64,000 nt of DNA, taken from the NCBI GenBank assembly GCA_934271735.1, contig CAKQSB010000005.1, forward strand, positions 86,614 to 150,613. The letters are read 5' to 3'. Below, piece after piece: positions 56,838 through 64,000 of the stretch. The notes under the pieces were generated by a model that saw only the letters and a program-made list of their open reading frames with translations, made no database searches and was not told the origin of the DNA. Within the stretch, counting starts at the first letter, position 1. Every line of letters begins with the position of its first letter. This DNA is from an uncultured Clostridia bacterium. GTDB taxonomy: Bacteria > Bacillota > Clostridia > Christensenellales > Borkfalkiaceae. The translations under genes and the position numbers were made by a program.

Positions 56838-57779
56838 TTAAAGATTTTCGGCGATTTCGACTATTTTTCTCAGCCTGTGATTAAGGCAGCTTTTCGACAT
56901 CCCGAGAAGCTCCGCAAGCTCGTTTAAAGTGCTTTTTTTGTTTTCGAGCCGAGCCGCGGCGACTTGCTTTAAAGGAAGCGGCAAAGAATCCAGCCCCTTT
57001 GTTTCGCTTATGCGGTTTATCGCCCTGATCTGCTTCACGGAAGCGTCCATCTGTTTTACCATATTCGACATTTCGCAGTTTATTTTTCTGTTCATATCGT
57101 TGTTTACGTCTTTTTCTACGGCGATTTCCGAAATCTCCATAACCGCCTTAGCCGCGCCCATAAGCGCCATAAGATCCGATATTTCGTCTATCGTTTTGAA
57201 ATAAACGACGTAAGTTTCCTTTCTGTCCGTAAGCCTCGGCATAAGATACGCTTCGGAAAGAATTTCGCAAAGATCGGTAGCCGTCTGATAGTTCGCGAAC
57301 ACGAACTCCAGATGATAACCCGTGGTGCTTGTCCGCTCGGCTTTGGGAACGGTTACGCTGCCCGAGCCTAAAAACAACCCTCTTACGTACGCTCCGCGCG
57401 TTTTATCGGTGACGAGCTTTTCGTCTATGCCGAGTCTGACCGCAAGCCCCTCTTCGTCTCTTTCGACTATCCCGAGATCGCAAAGAATATCTACGCTTTT
57501 TTCGCTTACGACTCTGAGCGTGGTTTTGCCTCTTTTAACCGAAGTAATCGTTTGCGGCTCTACCGAAAAAAGCGATTTGATGAGCGAAACGAGAAAAACC
57601 CGCTCGCCCTCGCCCGAGGGAGAAAGCTCGAAACCCACAAGCCCATGTTCGGAACAAATAGTTCCGGCCGACCTCACGAAAGCCGAAAGGCAAGCCTTTT
57701 TCTCGCTTTCGCCGCGGAATTTAACGCTTAAAAGCTCGGTTTTAAGCCTTTCGGAAAAATTCTTTTTTTCGTCCTTCAT
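56838..57779 (-). CDS. whiA: DNA-binding protein WhiA.
   Basis: 313 aa. Degenerate LAGLIDADG-like core and C-terminal HTH (…LNHRLRKIVEIAENL). Confidence 0.8.
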   Translation of the reverse strand: MKDEKKNFSERLKTELLSVKFRGESEKKACLSAFVRSAGTICSEHGLVGFELSPSGEGERVFLVSLIKSLFSVEPQTITSVKRGKTTLRVVSEKSVDILCDLGIVERDEEGLAVRLGIDEKLVTDKTRGAYVRGLFLGSGSVTVPKAERTSTTGYHLEFVFANYQTATDLCEILSEAYLMPRLTDRKETYVVYFKTIDEISDLMALMGAAKAVMEISEIAVEKDVNNDMNRKINCEMSNMVKQMDASVKQIRAINRISETKGLDSLPLPLKQVAAARLENKKSTLNELAELLGMSKSCLNHRLRKIVEIAENL

Positions 57780-57853
57780 AATATTTTTCGACGGATTTTT
57801 ATGCCGCCGTTCCTTTGCGGTTTTTCCGCCGTTCAGTTATCGTCTTTAACTTT

Positions 57854-58666
57854 CTAACGCCCCTCTATGCCGTGCTCTTTTTTAAAGTTACGGAAACGAA
57901 GTTCGGGAGTTCTGCCATCGATGTTCATAATTCTGTCGAGCGGAAAATCCACTCTTTTCGCCGTTTCAAGAAACAGCTTGTTGTCGCCTATTCTGTCAAC
58001 CGAGTGCGCGTCGCTGTCGACAACGAATTTCACACCCGTTTCGATAACTTTCCGCCACTGCTCGTCCGTAAGGTGAGTTTTTTTTGTATTTATCTCGATA
58101 TACGTGCCGTAATCCGCCGCGGCTTTCGCCACTTCCACAGGATCGCAGAAACACATATACCCGACGTGCGTTATAACGTCTATCGGGTTGTTTTTTATGG
58201 CGTTCACGTAGCAATTCGTGTTGAAACGAATAAGCCTGTCCGACGGTGTTTTATGAAAAACGCTGTCGAAAATATTCGCCCAAAGAAGCCACGCTAAGTC
58301 CTTGAAACTGTTGTAACGAATAAATCTATGCACGCCGGCAAGAATTACGTCCAGCTTCGCGTAGTCCGTCGGCTTGACGTCGATCGTTCCTCTTTCGCCG
58401 CGCAGATTGGATTCTATCCCCAAAAGCACCTTAACGCCGTATTTTTCCTCGGCTTCGTTGCACTCGCGTTTCATCTGATCCAGGTATTTTCGCCTCATTC
58501 CGAAGGCGGGGTGCGAAAAGCCGTGATCGGTTATCGCTATCCCTTCGAGTCCCTTTTCCGCCGCGCTCGCGGCGTTATCGAAAATACTGCCCTTACCGTG
58601 ACTGTACTTCGTGTGAGTGTGCAGATCAAAGTTGATTTTCAGTTGTTCTTCATTGTATTTCATCAA
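57854..58666 (-). CDS. PHP-domain phosphoesterase (YcdX / histidinol-phosphatase-like).
   Basis: 270 aa. HTHTKYSHG...ITDHG PHP motifs. Confidence 0.7.
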   Translation of the reverse strand: MMKYNEEQLKINFDLHTHTKYSHGKGSIFDNAASAAEKGLEGIAITDHGFSHPAFGMRRKYLDQMKRECNEAEEKYGVKVLLGIESNLRGERGTIDVKPTDYAKLDVILAGVHRFIRYNSFKDLAWLLWANIFDSVFHKTPSDRLIRFNTNCYVNAIKNNPIDVITHVGYMCFCDPVEVAKAAADYGTYIEINTKKTHLTDEQWRKVIETGVKFVVDSDAHSVDRIGDNKLFLETAKRVDFPLDRIMNIDGRTPELRFRNFKKEHGIEGR

Positions 58667-59579
58667 ATTCGCCTATGTATTCCGATTCTTCGGAAAGATC
58701 TATACCCGTTTTTTCTTTTACGACGGTTTTTATGCGCGTTATCAGTCTTTTTATATCCCCGCTCGTCGCGTTTTTGTCGGCAATAATGAAATTCGCGTGC
58801 TTTTCGGAAACCCGCGCGCCGCCTTCCGTCGCGCCTTTAAGCCCCGCTTGTTCGATAATTTTCCCCGCAAAATACCCGTCGTTTTTAAATACACTCCCGC
58901 ACGATCTGCCTTTCGGGTTTTTCTTTTGCCGAAGCTTTAAAAATTTGTCGCATTTTTCGCGCGATTCGTCGAACTCCACGTTTTCGAGGGTGAAACAAGC
59001 CGAAACGATAAATTCTTTCGTTTTCTTGAAAACGCTGTCTCTGTACTCGAAACCGCACGCTTTCCTCGGGTAAATCCCTCCCGCCGTAACAACGTAAGAT
59101 ACGTAGTCTCCTATATTTTTGCCGTAACAGCCCGCGTTCTGCGCGATCGCTCCGCCCACGGACGCAGGAATTCCGCTTAAAAACTCCACCCCTCCGAGGG
59201 ATGAATAAAGCGCGGTTTTCAGAAAATCGGCGAGCGTAACGCCCGATTCGGCAACGATCGTTCTTCCGCTCACGGAAATGTTTTTAAGCCTTTCGGAATA
59301 AATTATCGCGCCCGAAAAACCCTTGTCCGACACGAGAACGTTCGAACCTGCGCCGAAAAAAACATACGGAATACCGTTTTCTTTAAGTTTTTCGATTAAA
59401 ACTGCCGCTTTTCCCGCGTTTTCGGGGTAAAAAGCTCCCTCGGCGTTTCCGCCCGTACCGTAAGTGGTTTTACGCCCCGCGGGGCAATTTTCTTCATAAA
59501 AAACGTCGATTTTTTTCGCGATATCTTTCATCGCCGCGCAATATGACACTTTTACGTCTCCTATTTTACTATATTTCAC
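58650..59579 (-). CDS. murB: UDP-N-acetylenolpyruvoylglucosamine reductase.
   Basis: 309 aa. FAD-binding PCMH domain (GGNAEGAFYP...) and MurB C-terminal domain. Confidence 0.9.
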   Translation of the reverse strand: MKYSKIGDVKVSYCAAMKDIAKKIDVFYEENCPAGRKTTYGTGGNAEGAFYPENAGKAAVLIEKLKENGIPYVFFGAGSNVLVSDKGFSGAIIYSERLKNISVSGRTIVAESGVTLADFLKTALYSSLGGVEFLSGIPASVGGAIAQNAGCYGKNIGDYVSYVVTAGGIYPRKACGFEYRDSVFKKTKEFIVSACFTLENVEFDESREKCDKFLKLRQKKNPKGRSCGSVFKNDGYFAGKIIEQAGLKGATEGGARVSEKHANFIIADKNATSGDIKRLITRIKTVVKEKTGIDLSEESEYIGEFDEIQ

Positions 59580-59582
59580 TCA

Positions 59583-60599
59583 TTATTTCAAGCGTTTTAG
59601 ACCGCTTTTGACGTTTTCGGAAATTTTAACGTCCGTCGTCGCCTTATTTATTTCGCTTTTTGCGTCCGCGATAAGCCGTTTACTCAGAAACGGGCTTAAC
59701 GTATACTCGTTTTTCGAGAAATCGTACCCGTAAAAATCGACTTCATCACTCGTCTTTCCGTCCGTCCGCATCATACCGATTTTATAAAGTTTTTTCTGAA
59801 CGTTTTCGGACAAAAGCAGCTCGATCGCAAGCTTGCAATAGCGATATTTTTCATCGTTTTTTGTCGTTATAGCGATATATTGAACAAGGTCGGAATACCC
59901 CTCGAGCGGGTGTACGGTAAATTCGTCTTTTTTCTTTTCTATTCGCTTTATATCCCTTTGCGTACCGAGAAGAACGGCGTTTTCCTCGGAAAGAAAACGG
60001 GAATAAGCGTCTTTCGGCAGAAGATAAACGGCGTTTGCCGTTATCCCGAGATGTTTAAGCGATAAAACGGGTAGAATGTTTTCTCCGTCCGAAACGATAA
60101 GATTTTCTATCGTCTTTGCAGAATTGCTTGCAAAAAGTCCGTCTATAAGTCGATTATCTCCGCTTTTAGCGATTAAATAATAACCGCCGAAGCACCAAGG
60201 CGCGGCGACAACTCTTCCGTTTAACTCACCGCCGAAAAAGTTTTTGAAAGGCAATTCTCTCGCATACTTTAAAGTTTCATCCGCGCCGACGCCGAAAGAA
60301 ATCAGATCGGGGATTTCGCCTTTTTCAAAAGCTTTTTCCATACTTTCCGTCGTCTGAGTTTTAACGAACGTAACGACGCCGTCGTCGCTTAAAGGTTTTA
60401 ACGAGGATGAAAGAAAATCGGCCCTCGAACCCGTTCCGCCCTCAAACGTGTCTATATGCCACACGGTAAGCACGGTTTTATATTGCCCCGAAGAAAACGG
60501 GGTGTTTTTCTCTCTCGTTTTCGGCGCGGCAAAAAAAATCACGAAAACCGCCGTGAAAACGCAGAGCGCGAACGAAACCGCCCTTATTACTGTTTTCAT
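59583..60599 (-). CDS. Membrane-anchored extracytoplasmic protein, possibly solute-binding-protein-like, of unknown function.
   Basis: 338 aa. N-terminal TM/signal segment. 4 bp from murB. Confidence 0.5.
   Translation of the reverse strand: MKTVIRAVSFALCVFTAVFVIFFAAPKTREKNTPFSSGQYKTVLTVWHIDTFEGGTGSRADFLSSSLKPLSDDGVVTFVKTQTTESMEKAFEKGEIPDLISFGVGADETLKYARELPFKNFFGGELNGRVVAAPWCFGGYYLIAKSGDNRLIDGLFASNSAKTIENLIVSDGENILPVLSLKHLGITANAVYLLPKDAYSRFLSEENAVLLGTQRDIKRIEKKKDEFTVHPLEGYSDLVQYIAITTKNDEKYRYCKLAIELLLSENVQKKLYKIGMMRTDGKTSDEVDFYGYDFSKNEYTLSPFLSKRLIADAKSEINKATTDVKISENVKSGLKRLK
60139..60162 (+). repeat. Dispersed motif copy inside the 59583..60599 coding sequence. The gene strand reads G-D-N-R-L-I-D.
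   Basis: ccgtctataagtcgattatctcc. Confidence 0.7.
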
Positions 60600-60767
60600 A
60601 GTCTAATATATGATTTCTTTTCGCAAATAAAAACGGAAAAGCAAAAATAATCGCCGATAAAAAAATTTTATCGGCAGCTAATAAAAAAAACTCCGAAGCG
60701 GATAAATTTCCGCCTCGGAGAATATTTTTAAATTCGCGTTGTATGTTTGATTTCTCAATCGTTCCGT

Positions 60768-61424
60768 TTATATATTCGGATTTTCAATCGTTCCGTCTGT
60801 ACATTGCACGATGTAATTCGCGTTTTTATCTATCCATCTGTCGCCTTTTTCGATCGCGTTCCACTGCGCTTTTGTGCCTTTAAAGATTATTTTTTCTATC
60901 TTCGGGCAACCGTCAAACGCGCGTTTTCCGATAGTTTCTACGCTCGGGTACATCGTAACCGTCCGCAATTCTTTACACATTATGAACGCGTAGCGGTCTA
61001 TTTGAGCGACGGTTTCGGGCAAACTCACGCTGATAAGATTTCTGCAAGCCTTGAAAGAAAATTGACTTAAATAAGTAATTTCCGTGTTCCCTATCTTGCT
61101 CGGAATAACGAGGTTTCCGCACATTTTGTCGTTGTCGACGATAAGCATTCCCTCTTCCTCGTCCACTTTGATAAGCGAGGGATCTATAATGGCGTCGATA
61201 TACGGATTTTCGCTTTCCGTTTCCGATTCGCTTTCGCTATCCGTCTCGTTCTCGCTTTCCTTTTCAGACTCGCTCACGCTTTCAGACGCGCTCGTATTCC
61301 CCAAACTGTCGCTTCCGCCGTTTTTATTTCTCAGAACAAAAACGAGCGCAACAGCGACGGCTATAACGACCGCAACGGCTATGATTATAATTACAATCTT
61401 TTTTGTTTTATTCGCTTTTCCCAA
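60768..61424 (-). CDS. N-terminally anchored surface protein with a Ser/Glu-rich acidic linker and a BspA-type leucine-rich repeat (LRR_5) region.
   Basis: 218 aa. TM segment IVIIIIAVAVVIAVAVALVFVL. Linker SESVSESEKESENETDSESESETESEN. IP..I..IG..AF..C..L repeats. Confidence 0.6.
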   Translation of the reverse strand: MGKANKTKKIVIIIIAVAVVIAVAVALVFVLRNKNGGSDSLGNTSASESVSESEKESENETDSESESETESENPYIDAIIDPSLIKVDEEEGMLIVDNDKMCGNLVIPSKIGNTEITYLSQFSFKACRNLISVSLPETVAQIDRYAFIMCKELRTVTMYPSVETIGKRAFDGCPKIEKIIFKGTKAQWNAIEKGDRWIDKNANYIVQCTDGTIENPNI

Positions 61425-61489
61425 AATCTGCCACCGTAATTTATTTTGCCTTTTTGTTTTATGTCTCCATTGTACACCAAATCCGCCCC

Positions 61490-61632
61490 ATAGTCAAGCA
61501 GTCGCGCCGAATTACGTATTTCCCGCGATTCGCAAATTCGGCGTTTCGCGAGCAACCGTTTATCGGCGTCGCAAAATGTATGACGGAACTTTTGATTCTC
61601 TTGCCGAACGTTCATGCCGTCCGCATAATTAA
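61490..61632 (+). pseudogene. Remnant of an IS481/IS3-like transposase N-terminus (HTH segment only).
   Basis: In-frame translation …AIRKFGVSRATVYRRRKMYDGTFDSLAERSCRPHN*. It resembles the conserved FGVS..TVY.W.KRY…L.DRSRRPH.SP HTH block of IS481-family transposases and is truncated immediately after. Confidence 0.4.
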
Positions 61633-62059
61633 CTATTTTTCAGCTCGAAAATATTATTTCGAATTTCTTTAATTACTACACCCCGACAGGTGAATATCTT
61701 TGCGACAGCAAAGTATCTAAGCTCTCGCCGAAAGCTGAAAACGGCAAACAAAGAGCCTTCATAAACCGATTTAAGGCGATAGAACGTTGATTCTACCGCC
61801 CCTTTTCGTAATACTCAAAAAGCAGTTCGCGAACTCTTCGCAAACTGCCTTTTGAAAAATATATGATAAGGGGGAAAATGATGAGCTGTATAAGCTGTCA
61901 ATTGCTATCTGCTGGGGGTTTCACTCTCCGCGCTTTCGCACAAGCCCTTCGTCAATTGACACCTATATAATACTATATAGTAACACTTTTGTAAATCGAA
62001 ATCAAGATATTTTTATGATTTGTGTCTTATTTTGTAACTTATGTATCTTATTTTACATT

Positions 62060-62458
62060 TTAACGTCGATTTGAGCCGATTTTTGTCATTTTTTTGCTCT
62101 CGTCGACCGTAAATACCGACCCCGTTCTTTTTATCGGGTAAGAAAGACAAGCCTCTTCGCTTTTGCCCGAATAATATCTTACGCCGACGTAAATTTCCGA
62201 TTTCTTTTCGTAAATAGAGAAAATCCCGTCAGCGGGGAGCGGATGACCGTCGGAAAACTTTTCCAAGCCGTCTTCAAAAGCGAGAAAAGCGTCCGCACCG
62301 ACAATCGCCACGCAGTAGCCTATGAATTTTCTTAAATCCGCGTGTTTTAAACTTTCGCACGAAACGATAAAAAGCCTCGACGCGTCCGTAACGGAACGTT
62401 TATGCACGCACGCCGCGATATACTCCGCCATCTCCTCAGGACTTCTGATAATCCGCAT
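62060..62458 (-). CDS. Hypothetical protein (132 aa).
   Basis: ORF only. No recognisable motif. Confidence 0.35.
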   Translation of the reverse strand: MRIIRSPEEMAEYIAACVHKRSVTDASRLFIVSCESLKHADLRKFIGYCVAIVGADAFLAFEDGLEKFSDGHPLPADGIFSIYEKKSEIYVGVRYYSGKSEEACLSYPIKRTGSVFTVDESKKMTKIGSNRR

Positions 62459-62581
62459 ATCCGCTCTCCTTTTACATAGTATGTAAAACGGATATAAAAA
62501 GGCAACAAAAAACCGCGTCGGGCTGAGCGATTTTAATGCTCGCCGCGCGGTGACTTTATATTCATATCGGTCTTTATATAA

Positions 62582-63277
62582 TTACTGTATAATCGCGTGC
62601 TTTCTTCTCTTCAACTCGGCAACGAGTTCTTGTTCGGTTTTTACGGCGTTTTCGAGAATAACCCCCGAAACGCAGTCCTCCGTTTCGTGGAAATCGCTTC
62701 CCGCAGTCATTATAAGTCCGTTTTCTTCGGCAAATTTTTTTGCCATGTCATTACGGCTGTTCTGGCGCGGGTTGCCGTTAAGAACTTCAACGCCGTCCAA
62801 AACATCGGGATTGCGATAATTTATCATACTTCTGAACGGGTGAGCCTGAGAAACAAGATATCCGTTTTCCCTGCAATAGTTGCGCATACAGACGGTGTTT
62901 TCTTTCAAGAGCCTTTGAAAATCGCCGATTTTATCGGGCGTTACGCCGTAGATAAGAAATTCGGCATTGAAAGCGTCCTCTATATAATAGGATGTTTCGT
63001 CGGGCATAAACTCCATACCGAAAAAAACGTCTATACTTTTTTTTGCGCACTCCGTCTTTAATGTAAGGTAATGTTTTATAAAATTTTCGTTATACTCGTC
63101 GAAATCTTTAAATTTATAGTATTCGCGAAGAAACGAGTTATAGTGACTCGTGTAAACTATTCCGTTATAACCGTTTTTTGAATAAATTTCGGCTATCGTT
63201 TTTTCGTCCGTCATCGCGCAGGGAGACGTTCCCAAAACGTGCAAGTGCATTTCAAGTTTATACATATTCAGCCTCAA
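62582..63277 (-). CDS. PHP-domain-like metal-dependent phosphoesterase (putative).
   Basis: 231 aa. MHLHVLGTSPCA…YTSHYN…SDFHE His-rich PHP-like pattern. Confidence 0.5.
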   Translation of the reverse strand: MRLNMYKLEMHLHVLGTSPCAMTDEKTIAEIYSKNGYNGIVYTSHYNSFLREYYKFKDFDEYNENFIKHYLTLKTECAKKSIDVFFGMEFMPDETSYYIEDAFNAEFLIYGVTPDKIGDFQRLLKENTVCMRNYCRENGYLVSQAHPFRSMINYRNPDVLDGVEVLNGNPRQNSRNDMAKKFAEENGLIMTAGSDFHETEDCVSGVILENAVKTEQELVAELKRRKHAIIQ

Positions 63278-63285
63278 AAAACGCA

Positions 63286-63308
63286 GTTAATCGACTTATA
63301 GCCCGCCT
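63286..63308 (-). repeat. Dispersed motif copy, intergenic between the PHP-like and cupin genes.
   Basis: agttaatcgacttatagcccgcc. Confidence 0.7.
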
Positions 63309-63311
63309 TTT

Positions 63312-63644
63312 TTAAATCTGACGGGGAACGGCAGCGACAAAAACGAGATCGGTATCCCCTACGTTCATAAGCGTGTGCGAGCATCCTCTCGGGCAGAAAT
63401 GGCAGCTCCCTTCGCCGAGCATTTCCGTTTCGCCCTCGCAAATCGCCTTGCCTTTGCCCGATAAAATAAGGATTATTTCGCAGGTATCCATATGCTTGTG
63501 CATACCTACGGAAGAGCCGGGTTTAAGCCTTGCCGACAAAAATTTAACGTCGTTTCTTTCGATCATTTTAAGCAAAATCGAGCCTTTTCCGCCGTTGAAT
63601 TCCGGAATTTCCTTTTCGGTTAATCCGCTGAAATCGATTTTCAT
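63312..63644 (-). CDS. Cupin-domain protein.
   Basis: 110 aa. G(X)5HXH…E…G…H cupin motifs (GSSVGMHKHMDTCEI…CPRGCSHTLMNVG). Confidence 0.75.
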   Translation of the reverse strand: MKIDFSGLTEKEIPEFNGGKGSILLKMIERNDVKFLSARLKPGSSVGMHKHMDTCEIILILSGKGKAICEGETEMLGEGSCHFCPRGCSHTLMNVGDTDLVFVAAVPRQI

Positions 63645-63677
63645 ATTTTTACCTCAATAAATGTGTTAGCGTTGCGT

Positions 63678-64000
63678 TTATCGATTTTTCTTTTTATAAA
63701 CGCAGAATTTTATATTATAACCGTTTGTTTCGAGAGTTTCGCCCTCTTCCGAAAGCGCGAAATCATCTCTTTCGTCGAGATTTTCGAAGAAAACTTCTGC
63801 TTCGCCGTCCGCATCCACTTTGGTTACCAGAACTTCGTCGCAAAAGGGAAGCATACTTTTATAAAAATAAGCTCCGCCGATAACGTAAACCTCGCCGTCT
63901 TCTTTCGAAAGAGTTTCAAGCATATCTTCAAGCGTATGAACGCATAAAAGATCGTCGCGTTCTATCCCCTCGGGGCAAAGAACGATATTTTTTCTGTTTT
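63678..64000 (-). CDS. folA: Dihydrofolate reductase, C-terminal part. The gene continues past the window end.
   Basis: The frame stays open to position 64000 (…NRKNIVLCPEGIERDDLLCVHTLEDMLETL…VYVIGGAYFYKSMLP…). DHFR GG hinge and LP motif. Confidence 0.8.
   Translation of the reverse strand, partial: NRKNIVLCPEGIERDDLLCVHTLEDMLETLSKEDGEVYVIGGAYFYKSMLPFCDEVLVTKVDADGEAEVFFENLDERDDFALSEEGETLETNGYNIKFCVYKKKNR

Noticed and set aside
55707-57779. Regulatory element between trpS and whiA.
   Set aside because: The spacer is only 45 bp, so it is most likely simple co-transcription. No claim made.
1-64000. rRNA or tRNA genes.
   Set aside because: No cloverleaf-like or rRNA-like segments were noticed in any intergenic region large enough to hold one.

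Overview
This 64 kb window looks like a chromosomal core segment of a Firmicutes/Clostridia-type anaerobe with moderate GC. I saw no rRNA, tRNA, CRISPR array, intact prophage or intact IS. Most genes are housekeeping: copA, a GDPD, lepA-hemW, dnaE-pfkA plus a second PFK, aspS, alr, an M18 aminopeptidase, recG-yloV-yloU(Asp23), rpmB, metK, tyrS, two tandem degV, pyrG, a type-III glutamine synthetase, trpS-whiA, murB and a 3' fragment of folA. One block is more specialised: a LysR regulator, then adhE translationally coupled to a small APH/CotS-like kinase-fold gene, then two paralogous HfsA-like 2Fe-2S proteins, a sensory [FeFe]-hydrogenase (HydS: ferredoxin, degenerate H-cluster, PAS) and a PP2C/SpoIIE phosphatase. 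The surrounding noncoding DNA is heavy in direct repeats and long imperfect palindromes. Other notable proteins are a UvrD-family helicase with an embedded DnaQ-like DEDDh exonuclease, a GGGtGRT/NifU-like gene pair, a secreted FN3 plus tyrosine-phosphatase protein followed by a Ser/Glu-repeat surface protein, an LRR_5 surface protein, and an extremely acidic protein with a near-perfect ~210 bp internal tandem duplication. The strongest non-genic signal is an over-represented 15-17 bp oriented motif, CTATAAGTCGATTA(A/T)C. It occurs at least 9-10 times in 64 kb, on both strands, at gene 3' ends and also in-frame inside coding sequences; at one locus it forms a near inverted pair with a degenerate partner and at another it flanks a terminator hairpin. 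I also found two related degenerate tandem arrays with 23 bp and 25 bp periods (shared core GTCGGATTA) at convergent gene junctions, a cluster of three perfect and two imperfect DnaA boxes far from any dnaA gene, a 3x31 bp tandem repeat in the recG leader, a MITE-like inverted-repeat element between the LysR gene and adhE, and an IS481-like transposase N-terminal fragment.
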